Assembly: GCA_032718475.1 (NCBI GenBank)
Contig: JAUCBJ010006125.1
Span: forward strand, 1 to 47,854
Direction of reading: 5' to 3'
DNA: 47,854 bases
Source: Nemertoderma westbladi
Taxonomy: Eukaryota; Animalia; Xenacoelomorpha
The position numbers and the translations under genes were made by a program. The notes beneath the pieces were generated by a model that saw nothing but the letters and a program-made list of their open reading frames with translations, had not been told where the DNA came from and did no database searches. Below are positions 33,594-44,633 of this stretch, piece by piece (position 1 is the stretch's first letter; each line of letters opens with the position of its first letter).

Positions 33594-36410
33594 AGACAGA
33601 GATACACAGACAGATGGTATACAAACTGGTGACTGTATATAAACCAACAATCAATACAGAGATACACAGATGGTATACAAACTGGTGACTGTATATAAAC
33701 CAACAATCGATACAGAGATACACAGATGGTATACAAACTGGTGACTGTATATAAACCAACAATCGATACAGAGATACACAGATGGTATACAAACTGGTGA
33801 CTGTATATAAACCAACAATCAATACAGAGATACACAGATGGTATACAAACTGGTGACTGTATATAAACCAACAATCAATACAGAGATACACAGATGGTAT
33901 ACAAACTGGTGACTGTATATAAACCAACAATCAATATACAGAGATACACAGACAGATGGTATACAAACTGGTGACTGTATATAAACCAACAATCGATACA
34001 GAGATACACAGATGGTATACAAACTGGTGACTGTATATAAACCAACAATCGATACAGAGATACACAGATGGTATACAAACTGGTGACTGTATATAAACCA
34101 ACAATCAATACAGAGATACACAGATGGTATACAAACTGGTGACTGTATATAAACCAACAATCAATACAGAGATACACAGATGGTATACAAACTGGTGACT
34201 GTATATAAACCAACAATCAATACAGAGATACACAGATGGTATACAAACTGGTGACTGTATATAAACCAACAATCGATACAGAGATACACAGATGGTATAC
34301 AAACTGGTGACTGTATATAAACCAACAATCGATACAGAGATACACAGATGGTATACAAACTGGTGACTGTATATAAACCAACAATCAATACAGAGATACA
34401 CAGATGGTATACAAACTGGTGACTGTATATAAACCAACAATCGATACAGAGATACACAGATGGTATACAAACTGGTGACTGTATATAAACCAACAATCAA
34501 TACAGAGATACACAGATGGTATACAAACTGGTGACTGTATATAAACCAACAATCAATACAGAGATACACAGACAGATGGTATACAAACTGGTGACTGTAT
34601 ATAAACCAACAATCGATACAGAGATACACAGATGGTATACAAACTGGTGACTGTATATAAACCAACAATCGATACAGAGATACACAGACAGATGGTATAC
34701 AAACTGGTGACTGTATATAAACCAACAATCGATACAGAGATACACAGATGGTATACAAACTGGTGACTGTATATAAACCAACAATCGATACAGAGATACA
34801 CAGATGGTATACAAACTGGTGACTGTATATAAACCAACAATCAATACAGAGATACACAGATGGTATACAAACTGGTGACTGTATATAAACCAACAATCAA
34901 TACAGAGATACACAGATGGTATACAAACTGGTGACTGTATATAAACCAACAATCGATACAGAGATACACAGACAGATGGTATACAAACTGGTGACTGTAT
35001 ATAAACCAACAATCGATACAGAGATACACAGATGGTATACAAACTGGTGACTGTATATAAACCAACAATCGATACAGAGATACACAGATGGTATACAAAC
35101 TGGTGACTGTATATAAACCAACAATCGATACAGAGATACACAGACAGATGGTATACAAACTGGTGACTGTATATAAACCAACAATCGATACAGAGATACA
35201 CAGATGGTATACAAACTGGTGACTGTATATAAACCAACAATCAATACAGAGATACACAGATGGTATACAAACTGGTGACTGTATATAAACCAACAATCGA
35301 TACAGAGATACACAGATGGTATACAAACTGGTGACTGTATATAAACCAACAATCAATACAGAGATACACAGATGGTATACAAACTGGTGACTGTATATAA
35401 ACCAACAATCAATACAGAGATACACAGATGGTATACAAACTGGTGACTGTATATAAACCAACAATCAATACAGAGATACACAGACAGATGGTATACAAAC
35501 TGGTGACTGTATATAAACCAACAATCGATACAGAGATACACAGATGGTATACAAACTGGTGACTGTATATAAACCAACAATCGATACAGAGATACACAGA
35601 TGGTATACAAACTGGTGACTGTATATAAACCAACAATCGATACAGAGATACACAGATGGTATACAAACTGGTGACTGTATATAAACCAACAATCGATACA
35701 GAGATACACAGATGGTATACAAACTGGTGACTGTATATAAACCAACAATCGATACAGAGATACACAGATGGTATACAAACTGGTGACTGTATATAAACCA
35801 ACAATCAATACAGAGATACACAGATGGTATACAAACTGGTGACTGTATATAAACCAACAATCAATACAGAGATACACAGATGGTATACAAACTGGTGACT
35901 GTATATAAACCAACAATCAATACAGAGATACACAGATGGTATACAAACTGGTGACTGTATATAAACCAACAATCGATACAGAGATACACAGATGGTATAC
36001 AAACTGGTGACTGTATATAAACCAACAATCGATACAGAGATACACAGATGGTATACAAACTGGTGACTGTATATAAACCAACAATCAATACAGAGATACA
36101 CAGATGGTATACAAACTGGTGACTGTATATAAACCAACAATCGATACAGAGATACACAGATGGTATACAAACTGGTGACTGTATATAAACCAACAATCGA
36201 TACAGAGATACACAGATGGTATACAAACTGGTGACTGTATATAAACCAACAATCAATACAGAGATACACAGATGGTATACAAACTGGTGACTGTATATAA
36301 ACCAACAATCAATACAGAGATACACAGATGGTATACAAACTGGTGACTGTATATAAACCAACAATCAATATACAGAGATACACAGACAGATGGTATACAA
36401 ACTGGTGACT
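33594..36410. repeat. 56-bp satellite array, ~50 copies (intronic)
   Basis: Unit GATGGTATACAAACTGGTGACTGTATATAAACCAACAATC(A/G)ATACAGAGATACACA with an occasional extra GACA; otherwise invariant. Confidence 0.98.
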
Positions 36411-36445
36411 AGTCTAAAAAGGGAGATGGGTTCCCCCCTTTTTTT
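36409..36445 (-). mobile_element. Possible Helitron-like 3' terminus (hairpin followed by CTAG|T)
   Basis: Minus strand reads AAAAAGGGGG-GAACCCAT-CTCCCTTTTT-AGA-CTAG|T: a 10-bp stem followed by CTAG. Confidence 0.45.
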
Positions 36446-37440
36446 AAGTCCGACCCGGAGATACTAAGACCGGCCCGGAGATACTAAGTCCGGGCCTGAG
36501 ATAGTATCTCCGTGCCGGACTTAGTATCTCCGGGCCGGACATACTATCTTCAGGCCTGAGATAGTATCTCCGGGCCAGACTTACTATCTCCGGGCCAGAC
36601 TTAGTATCTCCGGGCCTGAGATAGTATCTCCGGGCCTGAGATAGTATCTCTGGGCCGAACTTAATATCTCCGGGCCAGTCTTAGTAACTCCGGGCCCGAG
36701 ATAGTATCTCCGGGACTGAGATAGTATCTCCGGGCCGAACTTAGTATCTCCGGGCCAGTCTTAGTAACTCCGGGCCCGAGATAGTATCTCCGGGACTGAG
36801 ATAGTATCTTCGGGCCGAACTTAGTATCTCCGGGCCAGTCTTAGTAACTCCGGGCCCGAGATAGTATCTCCGGGACTGAGATAGTATCTCCGGGCCGGAC
36901 TTACTATCTCCGGGCCAGACTTACTATCTCCAGGCCAGACTTACTATCTCCGGGCCGGACTTAGTATCTCCGGCCTGAGATAGTATCTCCGGCCCGGAGA
37001 TAGTAAGTCTGGCCCGGAGATACTATCTCAGGCCGGAGATACTAAGTCTGGCCCGGAGATACTAAGTCCGGCCCGGAGATAGTAAGTCTGACCCGGAGAT
37101 AGTAAGTCCGGCCCGGAGATAGTAAGTCTGGCCCGGAGATAGTAAGTCTGGCCCGGAGATAGTAAGTCTGGCCCGGAGATACTAAGTCTGGCCTGGAGAT
37201 ACTAAGTCCGGCCCGGAGATAGTAAGTCCGGCCCGGAGATAGTAAGTCTGGCCCGGAGATAGTAAGTCCGGCCCGGAGATAGTAAGTCTGACCCGGAGAT
37301 AGTAAGTCCGGCCCGGAGATAGTAAGTCTGGCCCGGAGATAGTAAGTCTGGCCCGGAGATAGTAAGTCTGGCCCGGAGATAGTAAGTCTGGCCCGGAGAT
37401 ACTAAGTCTGGCCTGGAGATACTAAGTCCGACCCGGAGAT
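36446..37440. repeat. 20-bp minisatellite, ~50 units, arranged as a large inverted (fold-back) array
   Basis: GACTTAGTATCTCCGGGCCA-type units at ~36500-36990, then reverse-complement CCGGAGATAGTAAGTCTGGC units at ~36993-37440; palindromic GAGATAGTATCTC units interspersed. Confidence 0.93.
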
Positions 37441-37443
37441 AGA

Positions 37444-37710
37444 TCTCGAGATCTGTAGGTAGATTCAATTGCCAAGAAATTTTAGACCCTTATACATAAT
37501 TTCGCGCTGTACAAGTGGAACCTCAAATGTTGCAAATTTCTCAAATGAGTGTGGCCGATTGGCACATTTTAGAAAAATAAATTTTTTCAAAAATGCTCTC
37601 ATGAGCCATTACTTTAAGAAATATGTAATAGTTGAGGTTCCACTTGTACAGCTCGAAATTCCGTATAGGGGTCTAAAATTTCATGGCAATTGGAGCTACA
37701 GATCTCGAGA
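37444..37710. repeat. Long imperfect inverted repeat (~80-bp arms)
   Basis: TCTCGAGATCTGTAG...CAATTGCCAAGAAATTTTAGACCC...TGTACAAGTGGAACCTCAA pairs with TTGAGGTTCCACTTGTACA...GGGTCTAAAATTTCATGGCAATTG...CTACAGATCTCGAGA. Confidence 0.9.
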
Positions 37711-38124
37711 AAAAGGAACGTGAATAAAATTACCTCATCGATATCGCGAAATGAGTAAACCGAGCTTAAAGTGAATAGTGAAAGCTCGTATATAAATGTT
37801 TAAGTTTAAGTTTTAAAGGATTAGGATTCAGGAGATGAGAGTTGGATTTTCGGAATCTACATAAAATTCTGCTCTAGTGGGAAAGACTGGGAAAAAAATG
37901 ACAAAATAAATAATTTTCAAAAAATTTAGCCAAATATTGAAAAATTGGCGCACCACTTTGAAAAATTTCACGAAAAATGCTAATAACTTTTGAATGCTTG
38001 GCATTCACATTCAAGTTAGGCCCCCTAGTTAGTTTGAATTTTGGAATCTACATGGAATTTTGAATCTAATGGAATGTTTTCCAGAAAATTAAAAAAAAAT
38101 TTTTTACGTGTCGAACCACATGAC

Positions 38125-38280
38125 ATCCAGTACATTGGGTCATGGAATCATGGATGGAGCAGCAGGAAATACATAGAGGTTGGGAAAGCAAAGGCATGGG
38201 CAGTTCTATCAAAAATGGATACCATCTGGAAGTCAGACCTCTCCAGGCAACTGAAGACCAAGCACTTAAGTTGGAGACAA
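38125..38280 (+). mobile_element. RTE-like LINE fragment
   Basis: QYIGSW...KYIEVGKAKAWAVLSKMDTIWKSDLSRQLK resembles the post-RT segment YLGSW..DI..RKA.AW.A...M..IWKS.L.R.LK. Confidence 0.6.
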
Positions 38281-38494
38281 AACCTGAGAAACGCCGAGCT
38301 TTGTGGTAGAATAAGTCCTCATGATGCAAGCTGGGCATCAGTTATTGATAATATTGATGACAATCATTATTACCCACTAAAATCACCCAAACTATTTATT
38401 ACTGTATACCTATACACCAACATTCCCACCAAGTAAGGTCCAACAATGCGGTATCCCCCGGACTACACTACTACTATATTCGTACTATACGTAC

Positions 38495-40028
38495 ATCCGG
38501 TTGGGATGAGCCGGTAGAATTGATCCTATTGGTCCAGCGAACCCGAAGTCCACCAGGAAAGCCTCCAACGCCGCTCCTGGAAGTAGCATGACGTTACCTA
38601 GTTTAACATCGCGATGAAGTTTTCCAACTCGATGCAGTTTATCCAACTCCTGCAGGAAGGATCTAAGAATAACGAGACCTTGTGATTCCGCGAGAGTCTG
38701 TCGGGATGTCTGTAACGTCCGCTGCAGACAGTCCAGGGACTGACCCGGCACGGGTCTCATAAGGATAGATACGGAATCTAACCTCTCGATAAACCCCAAC
38801 GGGACTTCCGGCGCGTAGCAACTGAACTCTCTGACCTCGGATGTGTGAGGGACAAACTTCCTCTTTGGAATATTTTTAATAAAGAATTGAGTGATACCGC
38901 TGTGGTAACTCGCGACCTCCCCATGGGAACCCTTCCCTACCAGGGATCGATCCCTGGCGCACCGCAGTCGGAACAACTTCATTATTTTACTCCGCGGAGC
39001 GTTGGATAGTTTGGGCCAGATCCCGTCGTCGCTTCGTAGCATCGCTGGATCTGATGTAACCAAAGTATCGCCAGGAAGAAATTCCGCGATCCCCGGAATG
39101 TTGATCCCGCATCCACAACGGACCACACCGCTGTTGCATACAACGTTCGGGAGCACAGCTTCGGCTGCGGCTACAATATCGTTAAGAACACCAAAGCGCA
39201 TTCGCAACACATCCGGTGCTGATATGCGATCACCATCAGTGTTACCATCCACACCATCAGCGTTACCGCCCACACCATCAGCGTTACCGCCCATACCATC
39301 GGCGTTACCGCCCACACCATCGGCGTTACCGCCCACACCATCGGCGTTATCGCCCACACCATCGGCGTTACCGCCCACACCATCGGTGTTACTGCCCACA
39401 CCATCGGCGTTACCGCCCACACCATCGGCGTTACCGCCCACACTATCGGCGTTACCGCCCACACCATCGGCGTTACCGCCCACACTATCGGCTTTACCGC
39501 CCACACCATCGGCGTTACCGCCCACACTATCGGCTTTACCGCCCACACTATCGGCTTTACCGTCCACACCATCGGCGTTACCGCCCACACCATCAGCGTT
39601 ACCGCCCACACCATCAGCTCCCTCAACACTGCCGCTTCCACATACGATCTCTAAACCCCGGCGACACTGCTGCAGACCAGTGTAGTTAGACGGCTTCCCG
39701 GGACCCTCCCCACCGCCACCCCCCTCGCACCGTACAGGCGGAACTGGTACACAGACACGGCCACTTGCCGATTTAGGTTTACTGCCACCACTGTCACCGC
39801 CGCCATCTGAACAGGTCCCGCCGCCACCAGCACTGGTTCCACCGCCACCTTTATGGCTGCGCATTGAGCCTCCGCCGCCACCTTTGTGGCTGCGCAATGC
39901 GCCACTGACAATATCAGCGGCGTTACTATGTCTTCCCGACTGCGGTAATGTTGCACTATGTTTAGCAGATAGGTTGATTGCACCTTCACTACTTCGATCC
40001 TCCTGATGGATAACCGTTCGATGGTTTA
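38495..40028 (-). CDS. Main exon of a divergent Ser/Thr protein kinase (Gly-rich and repeat N-terminus, kinase subdomains I-VII)
   Basis: LVGKGSHGEV (Gly loop), FFIK (VAIK Lys), LHRDVKLGNVML (catalytic loop), LVDFG; acceptor TTTTTTTTTATAG| at 40029/40028 and donor AT|GTACGT at 38495/38494. Confidence 0.85.
39233..39619 (-). repeat. Coding 21-bp minisatellite, ~18 copies, encoding (GGNADGV)n
   Basis: Plus-strand unit ACCATCGGCGTTACCGCCCAC lies inside the kinase exon and preserves frame. Confidence 0.93.
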
Positions 40029-40841
40029 CTATAAAAAAAAAACATAAATAATGAGATGGATGGAAGGTAATGGTACCACGTGAGATTTTAGAGAAATAGA
40101 AGAAATCCACCTCTTAATCCAAAAACCGCAGTGTTGTTATATATTATATTGGAAATGATCAGCCATATTGCATGGCCATCACCAAAATGTTGTTTTCAGC
40201 ACTTGAATAAACTAAAGAAGAAATTCTAAACCAAAACCTATGTAAATGTAAGAAAATAAAATTTAGATTTACCGCCGAAGCCCAAGCCAATACAAGGAGT
40301 ATGATAGCACCAACCAACACTTGATCGGGGCAAACATTTTATATAAAGAGAACTACCCAATCTATAGGTTAAAAGTAAAGTTGAGATAAGTAATTGGTGA
40401 ATGTGCGAGGCCCGGAGGTAACCCCCAGGATCCTTCTCTCGGCTGTTTCCAATAAGGCATGGGTGGTGCCACAATAACACCCAATGTCCGTTACTATCAA
40501 TATCCAATCCTTTTCTTTACCCCACCCCCACCCTATGACAGGTTACCATTACAGTTGTGTGGGCTTGGACTGATCCTTTTCTGATGCGCGAACTCACGAT
40601 CTTCCGGTTGGAAGATCGACGCTCTAACCTTCTGGACAACCTGAACTTAATTAAACTTATCAAAACGCAATGCAAAGCAAGCAAACAGTCTTTGCAGTTT
40701 TCAATCATTAATTACACTGATGAGATTCTAGTAATTGCCCGGAATGCCTGGGAAGCAGAAACAACGATGGGGAATCCTGGCGGATGATGCGCCCTGGCTA
40801 GTCCCTTCAAAGCATTGGTGTCGAAACGAAAACTGCCCTGA

Positions 40842-40912
40842 TCCCCGTGCTGGGATAGAACCCACGACCTCAGAGATATGTGAATTGATTGCAACCACTA
40901 CACCAAGGTGGA
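40842..40912 (-). other. Degenerate tRNA-like sequence (tRNA pseudogene or SINE head)
   Basis: Minus strand TCCACCTTGGTGTAGTGG...GAGGTCGTGGGTTCTATCCCAGCACGGGGA: A-box and B-box at tRNA spacing, 71 nt; imperfect acceptor stem and no good anticodon arm. Confidence 0.5.
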
Positions 40913-41771
40913 ACCTGGTTTGGCATAATTCTACAAACACAATTTTTGGATAATTGTATAAAAAAATGTCAGCGGCTGGGGCAAGCTTCCATCAGTGACG
41001 CTGGATTGCCTGACAACTTCCATTAAGCTGTATTGTATTAATCTATGGAACATGGCAGGTATTCCCTGGCTAACATTTGGCCTTGACTTTCATTTAGGTA
41101 CACTCTCTCAATCATCACTTAAAAATACGGATAGCCATTATCGGCACATTCTACTTTGCCTCCTGTATGTGTCTAAATTATTGCACGACGAAAGAATGAT
41201 ACTCTGCATCTGCAAGGTATGGTCTGGTCTTGAAAAGGTGTCTCAAAATGCCGAGAAGTATTACACATGTCCTAAGCTATATTTACAATAAGTCTTCGAT
41301 TTCTGTTAAAAATCAACTCCTTTACAAATAAGATGAGACAGCCAGGTTCAGTCAGACCTACGAATCGGCCCGGCAGTTATAAAGTCTCTCATCGTTATTT
41401 AGCTTATATATTTAAATATAATTATGCTAAACATGAGCTGCACAGTCGCCTGTCGTCTGCAGAAGTCGGATATATTGAGGATATCGCGAACTTCTACTCT
41501 CCACAGAGGTTTTGAGATTAATGGTCTCCCTCTTAGTGAGAAGCTTGAGCAATTGCGATCATTTTAATTAGGGGGGTGGCGGGAGGCGGGGGGAGTATCC
41601 CCAAATTGAACCTCACATTTTTGTGTCTCTGCACCCCAAAATTGGGTGAAAATTACTTTTTGTGCTACTAAACATGGACTGTGTAAGAATAACGAATAAC
41701 CAAACCAAATATTTTTAAAATTAGCCCCAAAATGGCTCCGTGATGGCCAAAAGTTCCTTTTTGTGCCATGG

Positions 41772-42023
41772 GCTATTTCTCCACCAATATTTGTTGAAAT
41801 TAGTCAAAATTTGGAATATAAGTTCAGAAGAACCCTGCAACCAATTCTTCTGAACAAATTTTCCTCAAATACACAGAGACTTTTTTAGAAGAGAGACCTT
41901 TTTGATATAAAAAGGCTCCGGGGATTTCCAGCCAAATTTGTTCAGAAGAAGTATGGAGAAAGGTATTCTTAACAAGTGTACCAAATTTCAACTAATTTCA
42001 GTTAAAATTGGTGGAGAAATAGC
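41772..42023. repeat. Long imperfect inverted repeat, probably part of a non-autonomous DNA element
   Basis: GCTATTTCTCCACCAAT...TTCTTCTGAACAAATTT pairs with AAATTTGTTCAGAAGAA...ATTGGTGGAGAAATAGC. Confidence 0.8.
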
Positions 42024-43410
42024 ATTTTTCATAAAGAAACATTATTCTGAGATACCGGTACCGGTATGGGTGATTATAGTTTAAGGAACAATACAAACAT
42101 AACCCGAGTTTGAGAAAAGATATGAAAAAGCTACCTGCAAATTTGAAATTGAATTTTGAAATTCGGCACATGGTAGAATAAAAGGAGTTTTTTTGTCAAT
42201 TTCAAAAATAAGGGGGTGCTAGCGTGCTACCCCCCCCCCCCCCCTTAAATTTTAGTAAGTCTACGTTGATAAATAAAACCCCTAATTAACTCTTATTGCT
42301 CTTAATTATTGTTATTCTTATTGTTAGATAGTTCTGTATAAGGTAGGCTTGAAATTAAATGTTTAGGTACCGGTATCTTATATAATAATATACAGACCCC
42401 ATAGCTAGCCTAGCAGGTCCTTCCTTCACCTTCACGTAATACTTATACTAAGTACTCACTCAACAAGCACACGTACAAGCAGATTATAGCCTAAAGTAGG
42501 GGAAACGGTGTTTGTCACTGTTAGTCCTTCATATTTACTTACTATCTCACCTTTTCATGGTTCTTTCATCTTTGGGTACGTTCTTTATATTTATTATTTT
42601 TCACCCCGCACCTCACTCACTTACTTTTGTTATCTTTGGGGTTGTCCTTCACATTCACTTCTTTCATCATTCACCTTTGTGGTTTCTCTGTGTTGTGGAA
42701 TGTCCGTCATACTCTGTACTCTGTCATTTGAGTTCTTTAATAGGAATAACATATATTTCGCATTTTCGTGGCAATTTCAAATCCAACCAAACAGCGAAAT
42801 AGAAACAGCAATACTTAAACACGACATACTTCAACATCAACCCATACAACACTCTCACAGTCGGACACTAGGCTATTCCGAGTTAGGAACAAAGTCGTTT
42901 ATTATTCGACTCTAAAATTTCTGATTCTAGTTTACTTAGCCATTTCTGCATTTACTTTATTTTACTGAATTCGACTTTTACGAGACTTACACTTACAAGG
43001 TTATTGACTTCGCCAGGGTTCCCAAATCTAGGTAGAACAGTCAAACAGCTGGACAGTAGTAGGCTGGTAGGACTTAGGACAGTAGCCCATACGTAGACAA
43101 CATCCACTGATTCAGCCCGTACTCAACTCATCTATCGTATCAGTCTATACAGCTATATGACTGTGATGAGATGCAGAGATGGGAAGTATCTGCCGCGAAC
43201 TTCTGCTGTGAAAATTGACAGCAAACTGGCAAATCTGCAAATGCAATCTTCAGATCTTCCGCGAACTTCTCCCGTTAAAGTTAACGGCAAATTCAATCGT
43301 CCATGAACTTCTACAAGTCTACAGGTCAGCCGGTAGCGGTACCCCCTCTGCTGTCTGCCCTCAAGCCAGCTCCAGCCTGCCAGGCAGGCAGCTCGAGGCT
43401 GCATCAGCGC

Positions 43411-44029
43411 CTGTATGGAATCCATCCAAAAAGTGCGCCGGATAGCGCGCCAACCAATTTTTATGCGCGCCGTGCGCCGATGCCATTTCGAAGAAAAACC
43501 CTGCGCCAACTAAATTTTTATTCACGCCGATGCAATTTCGAAGAAACCCCGCGCCAACTAAATTTTTAAGCGCGCCACACATTGAAACAATTTTGAAGAG
43601 CGCCACGCCAATGCAAATTCAATTTTGAGGGAGTGTAACCCAGTGTCAGTCAGTCAGTACTGCTGTACCAGTCCCTGCTGCCCTATACCAGTATACATTA
43701 TACAACAGTTGCGTAACCATAACCACTGAACCATACAACAGAAAAAAACATTTTTAAACAGCTAATGCAATTTTTAAGGCACTTCCATAGCCTAATTCTG
43801 TAATTGTTAAACCTGTAAAATACCCTACAGAACTAACGGTCGGCACCGGTTTGTATTTTTGGGAGCGCCACGCGCCAAGGCCGGCGGCGCGCTTTACGAT
43901 TTTCGAGCGCACCACGCGCCAAAGTCGGCGCGCTTTACGATTTTCGAGCGCGCCACGCGCCACATTGGCGCGCTTTTATTGCAAAGTGCACCGGATTAAT
44001 CCGGCGCAAAATGTATGGATTCCAGTCTG
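43411..44029. mobile_element. 619-bp MITE with 10-bp TSD and GCGCC-rich subterminal repeats
   Basis: GCATCAGCGC at 43401-43410 and 44030-44039; TIRs CTGTATGGAATCCAT...GCGCCGGA / TCCGGCGC...ATGGATTCCAGTCTG (12 of 15 terminal matches). Confidence 0.8.
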
Positions 44030-44575
44030 GCATCAGCGCATAACCCTGTAACCAGCATAGTTCCCTAGCAGCCTAGCCATTCAGCCATTACAGCATTATC
44101 TGCTTAGTGCTTATATTCTAATAATATCGAATATTCCCAAGACTGCAAGACCTGTCTGCTTGTAGACCTGTAGACTGCTAGACCTGACCTAGACAGCTAG
44201 AGTAGACAGGTCTCAGAGGAGAGGCAAGAGGGACTGGGACCTGTTTTCTGCTTGTCCCACACAGCCACAGTCCAGTGCAGTCTGTCCACTGTCTAGCTAG
44301 GTAGGTAGGCCTACTGACAGACTGATTATCCTGTTATCCAGGTTGCCAGGTGCCAGCGCACAGCGCCAGGCTGCCAGGCAGCAGTGGCAGGCCTGCCGAA
44401 ACCGAACTGTACCGCAGTCCGCAGTACTGGCTGACTGGTCAGCCTGTAGCCTTTACTGTGTTGTGTCTGTCTGTGTGTACCCCAGCTGCCCAGCGTACTT
44501 ACCGGTCTGCCGGTCAGCCGGTAGATCTGTAGATAAAGAGTGCAGGAGTGACAGACACAGACATATATTACTTAC

Positions 44576-44633
44576 CGTTACCAGAATTTCCTGATCCAAA
44601 GCGGGAAATATACCGGTATATTACTTCGACCAT
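44576..44633 (-). CDS. Candidate first coding exon of the kinase (MVEVIYRYISRFGSGNSGN)
   Basis: ATG at 44633 with an in-frame TGA four codons upstream; ends at a consensus donor G|GTAAGT whose phase (1) matches the acceptor at 40028. Confidence 0.45.

Noticed and set aside
33594-36410. CRISPR-like array or repetitive protein gene
   Set aside because: Units are contiguous with no unique spacers, there are no cas genes and the context is eukaryotic; the many MLVYIQSPV ORFs are by-products of a stop-poor 56-bp repeat.
33594-37440. Hammerhead-ribozyme tandem repeats
   Set aside because: I found no CTGAnGA...GAAA core with flanking stems in the 56-bp unit on either strand; the CTGAGA in some 20-bp units has no partner GAAA.
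39002-39689. Plus-strand (SALPPTP)n and (HHRRYRP)n proteins
   Set aside because: Antisense shadows of the kinase coding minisatellite.
40029-40110. N-terminus MDFFYFSK... of the 541-aa ORF
   Set aside because: It starts at GTG and runs through a T-rich tract ending in TAG that looks like a splice acceptor; treated as intron.
40842-40912. Functional tRNA gene
   Set aside because: The acceptor stem has mismatches, the T-loop reads TTCTA and no anticodon stem can be formed; kept only as a tRNA-like relic.
43173-43320. hAT-like end CAGAGATGGG with CCGCGAACTTCT repeats
   Set aside because: No matching opposite TIR or TSD found in the window.
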